From the human T2T-CHM13v2.0 reference genome, Homo sapiens, in assembly GCF_009914755.1 (NCBI RefSeq), contig NC_060930.1: 64,000 bases of DNA, one strand, 5' to 3'. Positions 33,745-48,899 of the stretch are shown one piece after another. The translations under genes and the position numbers were made by a program. The notes beneath the pieces are model-generated. The model worked only from the letters and a program-made list of their open reading frames with translations. It was not told where the DNA came from and did no database searches. Numbering within the stretch: position 1 is the first letter of the stretch; each line of letters starts with the position of its first letter.

Positions 33745-34370
33745 TAACTGAGTATAAACTAAATATGTTTGTTATATTTAAATAAATAAATAAAGGTGAT
33801 GATAATGGAATAAGAGACTGTCACAATTAACCAGGGAGATGTAAAAAAGAAACAAATTTCTTTGTTTTGTCCATTTTTCTGGACATGAAACACTAATAAT
33901 TAAAATTAGAAACTCAGTTGATGAGTTACATAACAAATTAGATACAAATGAAGAGAGAATTTGTGAACTGAAAGATGGAGCTGAAGAAATTACATAAAAT
34001 GCCAAGAAGTAAAAAATATGAAAAGGAGATTAAGAGATGGGGGGATAAGGTGAGAAGGTCCAGTGTTTTTCTAAGTAGAGTTCTGGAAGGAGATAACAAA
34101 GAGCATGAGAGAGAAACAGTGTTTGGAGAGAGTGGCAAAAAAACACACAAATTATCTACAAAGAAGTTACAATTATTCCCCCCAGCTGATTTCTTAATGC
34201 ATGGGTGCTGGCAGACAGTGATGGTATCTTCAAAGCACTGACAGAAAATACCAGCCCACTTAGAATTCTATCCAAGCAAAATTAATTTTTAAGAATGAGC
34301 ATAAATAAAAACACAGTAATAAAAAACAGCATTTCCCATCAACAGAAGTTCATTAAAGAAACATGATTTG
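33745..34370 (+). mobile_element. Old L1M ORF1 remnant
   Basis: Translation ...EIKRWGDKVRRSSVFLSRVLEGDNKEHERETVFGE resembles the L1 ORF1p coiled-coil/RRM junction. Confidence 0.65.
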
Positions 34371-34371
34371 G

Positions 34372-34993
<622 letters not shown>

Positions 34994-35139
34994 GAAACAT
35001 GGAAATAGGAAAAGTCCAGAAGGAGCCAGGAGCTGCAAGAAGAAACTGTGAGAAAAGAAAAAGAAAATGGGTAACGTATGGTAAATCACAGGAAATACTG
35101 ATTGTCTAAAACTGTAAACGATGCTTAATTTGCTGGTTA

Positions 35140-35498
<359 letters not shown>

Positions 35499-36519
35499 CT
35501 AATGCGCTGGCATGATTCAGGCAGAGGGTCCTTAGATTTTTTTACATTAATATATGTTTACATTCTAGGGTAATCAATACAAGAGAAAGCAATTTGCTTC
35601 TAAACAAGGAAAAATACAGTGGAAATGGCAAACAAAAGAGTCAAAAGAAAGGCAAGAAGTAAAAGTAAAACTATAGAAATGTAGAATGTAATAGAAAGTA
35701 TAAAATAAAATGGCAGAAATGACTGCAAATATCCCAGCACTCCCAACCCGTGTGGACAGATTATCATTGAGGGCAGGTCTTGCTAAACTCTAGAGTCTTA
35801 GCACTTATCTGGGAGGCCTTGTCTGCAAGAGGAGCACTCAGGGGCTGAAGTTTCTGGCTCAGGTGTGTGCACACCTAAAGCCTTTGTTACATGTTGCCAA
35901 GTTAAGAGCATTTTCAACTGGGCGAATACAATGTTTATTCTAACAAAGGATGTTATACTCAGCCCAAGAGAAAGATTCAGAGCTCAACTTGAAGAAACCT
36001 CCTGCCTGTCAATAGCACATTACTGGAGAGGAATTACAAACTGGAAAATTGCAAATTTATATTAATATGCTTTGTTCTGTCCAGGAAGAAAGATTAAAGT
36101 TACAGCAAAAGAAGAGAAATAATTACTTTTCAAAATACCAATTTTCTCTGACTTCCGATCCCCCGAGCACACAAGGCAGAGTGGGTATAACTTGCAGGCC
36201 CACCAGAAAGCCACTAGGATTTCCCCAAACGGCTCTGGATGTAACACCTCCAGCAGCAAGCGTCCTTCAAATCAGGACACTGCAAGTTTAATACCTAGGA
36301 GTGATTACAAAAGACTACCCGTGTAAACATTTCCACACTAGTGTGCACTGAGCTACTGGATGGGCCAGTTCACTCAGGGGAGAGGGAGGTAGCTAGGAGG
36401 GTTTGATCCTTAGACTGGAAGAGGGAAAATTGAGAGCAGCAATTTCTGTTTTCACCTGCAAGGATATGTACCCTTATCATTTCCTTCACAGACTCTGCAA
36501 CTGGGCCAATGTTACTTCT

Positions 36520-36780
36520 TCCCCGGATCGATATGTTGAAATCCTACCCACCAAGGTGATGCTACTGGAAGGTGGGGCCTTTGGGAGGTGATTAGGTCAT
36601 GAGGGTGGAGCTCTTATGAAGGGATTCGTGCCCTTATTAAAGCAACCCCAGAGAGCTCTCTTGCCTCTTCCACTGTGAGAAGATGCAGTGAGATGCCAGC
36701 AGTTTGCAGGAAGAGAGACCTCCCCAGATCTAGAGCCTGAGGTTGAGGCTTCCTGGGCTGAGCTTTGGTTCCTGTAAGCC
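36520..36780 (+). mobile_element. MLT1A-like MaLR LTR (partial)
   Basis: ggtggggcctttgggaggtgattaggtcatgagggtggagc. Confidence 0.75.
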
Positions 36781-36995
36781 ATGGGCAGCAGCGTGGGTTA
36801 AGAGGCACCCTCATGTCCACAGGACACCAGAGCTGCTGAGGGGCCGAGGCACACGTGAGCCAAGGAGTCAAGGACCCCCTCATGGAGATGCCCACACTGA
36901 AGGTCAGAGACAGAGAAGAAAGCCTAGGGAAGAGAAAATACCCCAAACCCTAGGAAAAGACCAAAATGCTGATGTCGCAAAATGGTTTTTAATAC

Positions 36996-37792
<797 letters not shown>

Positions 37793-38637
37793 GTACCAAG
37801 CTAGGGGAGGGTGTTTTAGCCGGCAGGACAGCTACCCACTTTCTTTTGCAGTGGGGGTGGGGTTCACGCTGACCTCCTGGGACTGTCAAGGGCCCAGGCA
37901 GATCTTGGCCTTGATTGGAGAGTTAGGGGTTACGGTGTAGAAAACTAATAAGATGTGTCTTTTCTTTTTTTTTTTTTTCTGGTAGACAGTATGTGCTCAA
38001 AGGTTATGGTTTTATTCCTCCATAGGGCATGAAGCAGTTCTGTTATCTAACTTAGAAGTCAAAGTTCAGCATTCCTTTCCCAATGAACGACATGGCATTC
38101 TGTTCCTCAAACGCTACTTGTGCTGATTTTCCCATTAATCTGATGACTCAGACCTCGGCACGGGCTAACACAGAGCTGTGTAGGCATGGCGCTGGGACAG
38201 CTGCAGGGTGTTAGAGGGAGGGGCGGCCGGCGGGTCCGAGACCCTGCTGCCCAGGAGGGGAAGGCTTTGAAGAAGTAAGGACGCTTCTGTTACATGAGGA
38301 AGGGCACTGTGCGGCAGGGGCTCTGCCCACATCACAGAATGTAGTAACTGCGCATCCCTGAAGGACGGAGCTTGTCATTAACTATTTCAGCTGGAGAGAT
38401 CAGTCTCAGAAAACTAAATAACTTCAGACCCAGGCCGCCTGGCCTGCGAGCAGTCGGTTCAGAATCGGAGCCCCGAGCTGCCTGGGTTCATACTCCAGGC
38501 CCCTGCAGCCTTGATTTCTTCCTGTCATTATCAAGTCACATGCTACAAAGAGGGCTAAGGGACTAAGGCTAAGATGCTGTCATGGAGATCTGGAAGTCCC
38601 CGGGGACTTTTGAGAGCACAGTTTTCAAACAGCTTGT

Positions 38638-39062
38638 GGCCAGGCGCAGTGGCTCACACCTGTAATCCCAGCACTCTGGGAGGCCAGTGCGACGGTCAGG
38701 AGTTCAAGACCAGCCTGCGAAACATGGTGAAACCCTGTCTCTACTAAAAATACATATAATATTTATATATATGTATATATTTATATATATTTATATATAT
38801 TTGTATATATATTTATATATATTTGTATATATATTTGTATATATATTTGTGTATATATATAGCAACCTCAGTCTTGATATATATATATATATATATATAT
38901 ATGCTGGGCCTGGTGGCGCACACATATAGTCCCAGCTACTCAGGAGGTTGAGGCATGAGAATCACTTGAATCCAGAAGGTGGAGATTGCACCGAGCCGAG
39001 CTGGTGCCACTGCAATCCAGACTAGGCGACAGGGCAAGAATCTGTCTCAAAACAACAACAAC
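38638..39062 (+). mobile_element. AluS with an AT microsatellite expansion in the linker
   Basis: Arms separated by ~150 bp of TA-rich repeat. Confidence 0.9.
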
Positions 39063-40646
39063 GAAAGCAACTACCACCACCACCAGCACCCAGCTTGTGG
39101 TAAAGACAGTGGGAGAAGCCACCCAGCCCCCCTCCCCTCACTGCAGTGGCTCACCTGCCCTCCACTTGCCTGCTTCCCCTGGCACCAGCACTGCAACTCC
39201 ACTCCCAGCTGCCCACCCGCCCTTCTGCCCTGGGCCATCGCTGCTGCCTGGCCGGTTCTCCCTTCCCCAACCTGCCGAAAGTGCTTTCAAGAAGGACACC
39301 AGGAGGCCACGGCTGCCAAAGCTCATGCCCTTTCTTTGTCATTGTCTCCAACTGTCCCACTGCACCTAACATGTGGGAAAGGGTCACCAAGAAGGCCCTT
39401 GGAGTTCCTGCCCTTCTCAGCATCACAGCTCTTCCTGTGCTTCCTATCCTCACCCAGCGGATCCACGGGGAGGGAGGGGAGTCCCAGACCCAGTGACTGC
39501 TGCCACTGCTGCCAGCCCCAGGGACCTGGGGGGCAGGAGAAGCAGCTCTATGACACCCCGGGAGTGGGCGGTGCCCAGGCCACTGGTTTAGACCTTTGAC
39601 TGCCACTTCCGAGAGGGGATTTCTACCAGGAGGAGCACATCTTTGCTTTGCATCCTTCATGAGTGTCTTAATGCTGATGTTTAAATCCTTCTGGAGTGAT
39701 CTCAAGCAGTGGCTGGGTGCCCACAGGTTCAAGATCACCAAAGCGATTCTAAAAATGATCCCAAGGCTTGTGTCCAGACTCTGGAGATTGGGATTCAGTA
39801 GGTCTGTGGCGGGGTACAGAAATTAGAATCCCTAAAAATGCCCTAAGGGGTTGCGAGGGGCGGGAGGTTTGGGAACCATTCATCCTCTGGAGGGCGATTC
39901 TCCCTTTGCGCCTGAAGAGGAACATGGTGAGCTGGGTAACTTACCCTCTGTTCCCGCCTTAGTCATCAAGCTCTAAAGCAATGCCTGCTTATTGTGTTGC
40001 CAGGAGGGGAAGGTTTTGTTGTGATTCAGCATCACCGCCCGATTGTGCAATAAAGTGTGGCTCTCACGGGGCAGTGTAACTGTTAGGTAATTGCATAGAA
40101 TTCTGTGCCTGTCTACTGCTCACCCGTGGCAGGAGGAATTGCATGCATGCATGTGTGTACGCACGCGTGGTGGAGGTGGGGGTGGAACAGGACAAGTCTC
40201 TCTCCTAATATACTTCATGGCTGAAAATAGCGATTTCATAAATATATATATGAAACATCTATAATATACTTATATATAGATGTTTCATATATATATTTCA
40301 TATGATTATAGGAAATATATTTCATATACATATAGAGAGAGACAGAGAGAATCAAAATTCCCTCAGAAAGGTAAAGGCATGATCGTCCATCTGTGGCTCA
40401 AGAGGAATAACCTCACAAGGGTCATCGTGAGTAAGATCAACACACAAACGGCTTAGCACAGAGCCAGGTGCACCCTGAATGCTAACCGTGTGTTTTCTAT
40501 GATCACCACCATTATTACTTTGTTATTGTAATCATCACGATCATCTCTAAAGAGATGGGAATATGACCCTGTGGGAGTTTGTACACATGGAAAAGACCAC
40601 TGAAGGCCTGGATTGGCCTTAAATCTCCTTTAAAAACACAAGTATG

Positions 40647-40745
40647 GGAGGCCGAGGCAGGAGGAACACTTGAGTCTAGGAGTTCAAGGCCAGACTGGTC
40701 AATATAATGAGACCCTGTCTCTATAAACACACACACACACACAAA
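40647..40745 (+). mobile_element. Partial Alu monomer (FLAM/AluJ) with (CA)n tail
   Basis: gggaggccgaggcaggagga...gagaccctgtctct. Confidence 0.8.
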
Positions 40746-40796
40746 ACTCCACTGGTAAATCAAAATGTACTTATATAGGTTTTAAAAGCTGAATTA

Positions 40797-41147
<351 letters not shown>

Positions 41148-41665
41148 CTAGAATAACTTAAGGAACTGCATATGTGTTATCTTTCCTGCTTTAAGAGAAA
41201 CTCATTTGTGACACCTGTGTAGCCAATAATTAGACAAGTCTATTCTAATCCTAAAAATCCATTTAAGCCTGTTTTCCAAAAAAGAGCAGTTGTCATTAAT
41301 CATGAAAACAGAGTTGGCTTAATTCAGCTATGAATGCTTTCAGGTGAATGACAGCTTTTAAATGTCAGCTTTCTCATCAACGCTCGCCTCTCTTCTCACA
41401 AACACTGAAACCTTCCACCTTTGCAGACAGCAGCCTTCCTGGCTCAGTCAAGCAGGTGGGCCAGTTGAGCACTGCTGCGTGTGAGCAGCCCGCCTCCTGC
41501 TGGTGAGTAAGAAAATGGCATCACTTTTCAGGGGCCTTGAGCTAGTCAACGTTACTGCTTGGCAACGGGTGTCACCAAAACATGTTTTGTTGTTCTCACA
41601 TTGTCTTATGACTATCTCTTTTTGGAGAATATGTATATATGTATATATTTAAATGTATTTTGTTA

Positions 41666-42074
<409 letters not shown>

Positions 42075-42124
42075 TAAGCTCCAAACTCCCCAAGCCATGC
42101 TTTAGAATGCAATTCAGAAGGGCA

Positions 42125-42434
42125 TTTGTTTTTATTTATTTATCTATTTTTGAGACGGAGTTTTGCTCTGTCACCTAGGCTGGAGTGCAATGACACAATC
42201 TCGGCTCACTACAACCTCCACCTCCTGGGTTCAAGCGATTCTCATGCCTCAGCCTCCTGAGTAGCTGGGATTACAGGCATGCACCACCCCACCTCGCTAA
42301 TTTTTGTATTTTTAGTAGAGATGGGATTTCATCACTTTGGCCAGGCTGATCTCGAATTCTTGACCTCAGGTGATCTGCCTGCCTCGGCCTCCCAAAGTGC
42401 TGGGATTACAGGCATGAGCCACCATGCCTGGCCC
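42125..42434 (-). mobile_element. AluS
   Basis: Alu consensus, TSD cagaagggcattt. Confidence 0.92.
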
Positions 42435-43129
42435 AGAAGGGCATTTTTGACAATGATTCTAACAGTGGTGATTTCTGCTAGGAGTGGAATGTGTGCCAAG
42501 TGCCACAGACGAGATCTTACAGAGTCTTGCCCCATGGGGCCCTAAATGCTTCCTAAAGGGGAAGTGAATTAAAATAATATCTATCAACCTATTTTGAGAT
42601 TAATGGGGGAAATGGAACAACATAAATATTAAGTAGCAGAATTATTAATAGGTACCATTTATTGGTTATTTTAAAAGTGCTTTGTGTTCAACTATTGTTA
42701 CAAGTTGACATATGGGAAAAATCTACACTTGAGCTAGAAAATATGCTGATTTGTATTTTTGATAATGACATTCTCTAGTTTTTGGTTGGCTTAGGTCAGC
42801 AGTGACCAAAATTATCCACATAGATGGGATTCTGAATGCGGAATCATCACTAATAGGATGTGAGAGGGGTCAAAGCCGACCACAGAGCCTACCTTTTGTG
42901 CAAAGTATAGTTATTCTGGCACAAAGTAGACTATTATTTTTGCTAGAGTGAATGCAGAAATATTTTCATTCAAGAAACATGTGTTGGGTGTCTAAGATGT
43001 GCCAGGCACTGTCCTGGACCCTGGGGATACATCCCAGTAAACAAGAGAGATGACAAATAGCAAGCCAACAATCCCTGCCTTGTGGAGCTTCCCCATTAGC
43101 AGAACGGCGGCTCTCAGACCAGCGGCACC

Positions 43130-43272
43130 GGAAGCGCTTGTGCTGTGGCTCCCCCACTACCCCTCTGGGTCTGAATCCATAGGTCTGGGATTGCGCTCAA
43201 GGACTGGCAGTTCAACAAATTCCTAGGTGATGCCGATGTCGCTAGCCTGCAGAGCTTCGGAGAACTACTGCT
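43130..43272. mobile_element. MER5A-like DNA transposon
   Basis: aggtctggga...aacaaattcctaggtgatgccgatg...gagaactactg. Confidence 0.6.
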
Positions 43273-43318
43273 CGCAGAAGGTCTACATACACTGTGGTCA
43301 ACAAAGACAGAGAGACCC

Positions 43319-43602
43319 TTTTTTTTTTTTTTTTTTTTTTTTGAGACAGGGTCTCACTCTGTTGCCCAGGCTGGAGTGCTGTGGCAAGATCATAGCTCAC
43401 TCTAGCCTGGAAATCCTGGGCTCTCGAGTAGCTGGGACTACAGGCACATGCTTCTGTCCTCTGCTGATCTTTAAAAAATATTTTTTGTAGAGATGGGGTC
43501 TCACTTTGTTGCCCAGGCTGGTTTCGAATTCTTAGCTTCAAGTGATCCTCCCACCCTGGCCTCCCAAAGTGTGGGGCTGCCGGTGTGAACCACCACACTC
43601 GG
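43319..43602 (-). mobile_element. AluJ
   Basis: Diverged Alu. Confidence 0.88.
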
Positions 43603-43839
43603 TAGGGCAGAATTTTTCTCTTCTCTGGGAAACCGAGGTCTTTGCTCGTCAGGCCTTCCATGGACTGGGTGAGGCCCACCCACATTATAGAGGGTCATCT
43701 CCTTGACCTCAAAGTTAACTGAGTATAGATGTTAACCACGTCTACAAAAATACCTTCACAGCGACACCTTGACTACTGCTGGTTCCAACAACTGGGCTGT
43801 GTGGCCCAGCTACATTGACACAGAAAATTACCCATCACA
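43603..43839 (-). mobile_element. MLT2 (ERVL) LTR 5' part
   Basis: Reverse complement begins tgtgatgggtaattttctgtgtcaa. Confidence 0.75.
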
Positions 43840-43974
43840 GCTAGGCTGAAACTCATGTTTAAGACTAGATCTGTTTGACTTCAAGCCCCCTCTGCTTGTC
43901 TTGGATTCCTCAGACACGGGTGGGAACACCTAGTCCTTGCTGAAAGAAGGTAAATGCAACCCTGGAGAACAGCA

Positions 43975-44209
43975 GTGCTGAGCCTAAATGGGCTATGCCT
44001 CTGTGCTTACAGGGGTGCTGAGTTTAAACGAGCTATGCCTCTGTGTTTGCAGGGGTGCTGAGTTTAAATGTGCTATACCTCTGTGCTTTGCAGGGGTGAT
44101 GAGTTAAATGGCCATGCCTCTGTGCTTGCAGGGGTGATGAGTTAAATGGGCTACACCTCTGTGCTTGCGGGGTGCTGAGTTTAAACGGGCTATGCCTCTG
44201 TGCTTGCAA
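43975..44209. repeat. ~40-bp minisatellite, ~6 copies
   Basis: gggctatgcctctgtgcttgcaggggtgctgagtttaaat. Confidence 0.93.
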
Positions 44210-44536
44210 GGAACAAGTGTAGAGCAGGTGAACCGTTTTCCTCACACATGGTCAACATGCTTTTCTGTGGAGTGACAATATTTTGTCCCCCCTGCCAGCC
44301 CCGTTTTTAATGAAGGAATTATGGGGGCCAGGATCCAGCTGTTAGCTTTTCAAATCTGCACACCTCTCAGAAATGCTCCTCCTGGGGACACAGTCCTTCG
44401 ATTCCCTCTTGCCTGTTGTCGGCTGGGCCACTATGCAGGCGTGGCTGGGGTGCCTTTCAAAGTGGCGTTCACTCCCTTTTCCCCCAGGTCATTTTATTTT
44501 TGTTTCTGGACAAATCCAGCATTTTCCTTAAGGGTT

Positions 44537-44552
44537 TAGCGCCATCTGGTGC
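44537..44552 (-). promoter_or_regulatory. Candidate CTCF site
   Basis: Reverse complement GCACCAGATGGCGCTA vs core CCASYAGRKGGCRS. Confidence 0.55.
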
Positions 44553-44653
44553 ATCAGAGGCGCACTGCAGCTGCTTCCCTCCTGATACTGAGTGGGGTGT
44601 GCAGAGAATTGCCAGGGGCGCTTTCCTTTGAGGAGCTCCAAATGCCCGTGGGG

Positions 44654-45422
44654 TATGCGGTGTGTATGTGAGTGGCGAGTGTGTGCAGTGTTATGTATCT
44701 GTGTGTGGTGTGTGTTCTGTGTGTATGTGTGTTGTGTATATGCGTATGCTGTATGTGCAGTGTGTGTGGTGTGTATGTATGTGTGTGTGGTATATGTGGT
44801 GCGCGTGTGTTGTGTGTGTAACGCATGGTGTGCATGTTATGTATATGTGTGCGCCGTGTGTGTTGTGTATGTGTGGTGTATGTGGATGTGGTGTGTATGT
44901 TTATGTGTGTGTGGTGCATATGTGTGGTGTGTGTGATGGGTGTGTGGTGCATATGGGTGGTGTGTGTGATGGGTGTGTGGTGTGTGTGGTGTGTGTGATG
45001 TATGTGTGGTGTGTGTAATGGGTGTGTGGTGCATGTGTGTGGTGTGTGATGTGTGTGTGGTGTGTGTAATGGGTGTGTGGTGCATGTGTGTGGTGTGTGT
45101 AATGCATGGTGTGCAGGTTATGTATATGTGTGTGTATATGTGTGATGTGTGTTATATATGTGTGCTGTGTATGTGTGATGTGTGTATGTTTGTGTGTGGC
45201 ATGTGTGGTGTATGTGTGGTGTGTGTGTGTGTGATGTGTGTTATATATGTGTGGTATGTATGTGTGATGTGTGTATGTGTGTGGCATGTGTGATGTATGT
45301 GTGGTGTGTGTGTATGTGTGATGTGTGTTATATATGTGTGGTGTGTATGTGTGATGTGTGCGTTATGTTTATGTGTGTGGCATGTGTGACATATGTGTGG
45401 TGTGTGTGTGTGTGTGGTGTGT
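44654..45422. repeat. Degenerate GT-rich low-complexity tract (~770 bp)
   Basis: TGTG/TGGTG/TATG mosaic. Confidence 0.95.
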
Positions 45423-45698
45423 AGCTGTGACAATAAGTTTCTATAAAAATATTTTCCACATTGCGAACTTGTTCTAGCTGCTTGTTTATGGAGTCTAGTA
45501 CACAGGGTATACAGGGTATAGACTTGCAAAGTCGGTTCAGAATTTACATTCAGACCTTTTTTACCAACTCTGCTGGGATCCTGAAACCCCTCTGGAATCC
45601 AAAAGCCTTCAGGACAGCATCATTTTCAGAGGAGGGTCCCATGTGTCAGGCCAGGCAGGCATCTGGTGGAGGCTGCACTGTGGCCGTGCAGAGGAAGA

Positions 45699-45806
45699 CT
45701 CAGGGGACCCGCAGGCTGTGACCCCTACAGGTGAGTGAGCTCAGGGGACCCGCAGGCCGTGACCCCCACAGGTGAGCGAGCTCAGGGGACCCGCAGGCCA
45801 TGCCCC
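45699..45806. repeat. 41-bp tandem repeat, ~2.5 copies
   Basis: ctcaggggacccgcaggc(t/c)gtgacccc(t/c)acaggtgag(t/c)gag. Confidence 0.92.
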
Positions 45807-48249
45807 TCAAGGCAGAACTCCTGGGGGTGGAGGGAACCCCCCGGGGGTGCTGAGGCTCCTGCAGAGGGAGGACGCCCCTGGCCGGAAGCTGCACCCCAGG
45901 GAAGTGCGTTGCAGAGCCTTGGTGCTCTGCCGTGCTGGAGTGACAGTCCAGAAGAGAAGAAGGGTTTCTGCAGTGCAGGAGAGCGCTTGGAGAGCCCCAG
46001 CCCCAGGTCTGCATGGTCAGGATCGGCCTCCAGGGGCAGGCGTGTGGTGTCACTGTGTGTGTACCCACGCAAGCATGCCTTCACTTGTCTTTCAATCCCA
46101 GTCAATCTTATCTTTCCTTTCCTCTCTCCACAGTGCCTGACAGTTTTAGCATTCAGCCTTAAAAACCCAAACCCCCAAGTTTCACCATTTTGTAATACTT
46201 TGCAACTTACAAACGGCGAAACACACACTCATTTCATTATTTATAGCTTGGTAGATCTTACTGGCTCTGTGTGGCAGGCGACGAAAAGGCTGTGAGCCTT
46301 TGAGCAACTTGCCTGGAAGAGGAGGAAATGAAACCGGGCCTTTGACGACCTGCCAAGGGCCATTTCTGCTGCCCCAGAGCAAACCTTCGCACACAAGCTG
46401 AGTGCCTTGGAAACGCACTGCAGAGGGGCGGGTGCTGTCCTGGCACTGACTCAGCTTTTCACAGCGCAAGGCCGAGCCCGAACGACGCGCTGGCTTTAAT
46501 GGAGATCTGTCGCAGCCGTTCCATCCCATCTGCACATCCACTTAGGCGGCGGGTCCAGGGTCATGGATTCAAGAGAAGTGGCATCAAACCTGCTTTACTT
46601 AAACCAACAAGCAGTTCAGAAAATACACTCCCAAATAACCGGGGATCTAGATCTCCGGGAATAATAAATTACACCCATCTCCCAATACTGGGACTGCATT
46701 TGTGTGTGAAGGCAGTCAATGGCTGAGAGACGGCTCTGCGGTGAGATGCTGGGGCAAAATAGATCAAAAAAGATCTCAGCTCCCTGGAGCCACTGCTGCT
46801 TCAGTGTCCTCCACTGAGGGAGGTGCACCTCCTAGCCTCTCCTGGACTGTAACTCTGAAGGGGTGGGTGTGGGTGTGGGGAGCATGGATAAGGGGCAGTT
46901 CGTTGGAGATTGTCAGTCTTGCATCTTGATCGCTGGCTCCAGCCTGGATTCTCCTCTGAGGTGGTCTAGGCATCCACTCCTTTCCCCACTGAACCCCTAG
47001 CTGAGATGTCCACAATGAATGTGTGTCTCCCCGAACAACCTGCTTTTGTTTCTGTCTCCTCTTCCAGCCAATGGCACCACCATCGTTCTAAGCTAGACAT
47101 TCATGCATCAACATTAACCCGTCTCCTCTCATCCTGTCTTCTAATCCACTGCCAAGTTCTGCAGATCCGACCTCAAGCCCATCCCCTCCTCTGTATTCCC
47201 TGGCCGGATTCCTGGTGCCTGGTGTGTCTCTGGTTTGGCCCTTTTAGGGGGTGCTCTGCTCTGCTCCCAGTCCCACCACCTTGGGACTGAGGTCACACCG
47301 TCACATCACGGCGATAGGGCAGCTCACGCCCAGTGGTGGAGGGTGGATGCGAAGGGCTCACCTCTAGCCTCCTACCTCTGGCTCCCCTCAGTCTTCTGTG
47401 GCAACCGCACTGCAGTGGGACTCCACCTCTGCCCAACCCTGCTTCCTTCTCTTCCTGAAGGTGCTGTTGAGAGCACCCCAAGACACTCCCTGCCTGCAAG
47501 TCTCAGAGCCTGTTCTCCTGGGAACCTATAACCTGTGGCACTTGGTGCCTGGATAGTCCTAGGAAGCAAACTCTAAAATGGAGTTAGAGCTGGAATCCCT
47601 CCCGCCAGTGGCCAAAGAGGAGCCTGTCACTGTTGGAAGAAAGTGCTGGAAGCTCTGAGTGGGGCCCCGAGGAGCAAAGGGCAGGGTCAGGCGGCATGCA
47701 AGCGCCCTGTCTCTGCGGCTGTGCACGCAGGCAGACCCTGTGGATTCCAGGTGTCTGTGGAGGGAAAAGAGGTCACGTGGGGCTACCTGCGGGCCAATAA
47801 GAGCATCCCAGCAAAGATTTTGGGGGTTCAGCAGCTGAGAACGATGGACCATTTGAAAGAGAGCCCCTGGCACGCTACCGAGCCCTGTGGAGTTGGAGCA
47901 TCTGTGCAGCAATTGTCATAAGACAGAAGTGGGGCATCTAGGCCCAGGCCCAAGCAGGCCCACGGGGCGTGAGCGAGCTGCACAAGCAGGTCCTCAGACC
48001 CCCGTGCCATCCACACCGTGGCATGACTGCCTCTCCTTGGGCTCACAACCATGGCCCCACGGTGGTAGTGGCCGGGCTGGGGAGATTCCTTATGACACAC
48101 TGAGGGATCCAAGCTTGGTTCACAATTGAGTTAGCTTAACATACGGCTGCAAGCCAAAAATGCACTGTCGCTATCCTGTAATCCTCTTTAGGGTTGAAAG
48201 AGTGGTGAGGGGAGACCCTGTCAATAAGCAGAGCCTTGGGCAACGCAAC

Positions 48250-48640
48250 TGCTATGGTCCGAGTGTTTGTGTCTCCCCAGATTCCTATGTCGAAACCTAA
48301 TCACCAAGGCGGTGGGATTAGGAGGTGAGGCCTTTGCAAGGTGATTGGGTCATAAGTCAGAGCCCTCGGGAATGGGATTAGTGCCCTTATAAAGAGAGGG
48401 CATTAACCAGTCACCTCTCATCCTGTGAGGCCCCAGAGAGCTGTCTTGCCCCTTCTACCATGTGAGGGTATAGCTAGAAGACGTCATCTACAAACCAAAA
48501 AGTGGTCCCTCATGAGACCCCAAATCTGCTAGTGCATTCATCTTTGACTTCTGAGCCTCCAGAACTGGAAGGAATAAATGTGTGTTGTTTATAAGCCAGC
48601 CAGTCTACGGTATTGAGTGACAGCAGCCCAAACAGATGAG
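48250..48640 (+). mobile_element. MLT1A-like MaLR LTR
   Basis: tgctatggt...aataaatgtgtgttgtttataagcc...gcagcccaaacaga. Confidence 0.8.
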
Positions 48641-48899
48641 GCAGCAGCTGACAGTGGACTGTGTGTGGAAAGGAAAGAGTCCTGAGTTAGGAAGAGATAC
48701 AAGCTCCTAAGCAGTGGCAAACGTCTTGGCAGCCTCTTTAAGGGCAGGGACAGAGAAAATCTGGAAGACTGAGGACAGGTAAGACAAGGAGCTCTGCAGA
48801 GCAGGCACGTGGACAGACCCATGGGAGGGGCAGGACATGTCCGCATGTTTGCACAGCATGGCAGAGCTCACAGGAGAGCACTTCAACAAGCAGATGGAG

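Noticed and set aside
38979-39741. 206-aa and 196-aa overlapping ORFs
   Set aside because: GC-rich stop-poor region, one ORF starts inside an Alu, no recognisable domain or splice context
44554-45529. His/Thr-rich and Cys/Val-rich ORFs
   Set aside because: Artefacts of the GT/CA low-complexity tract
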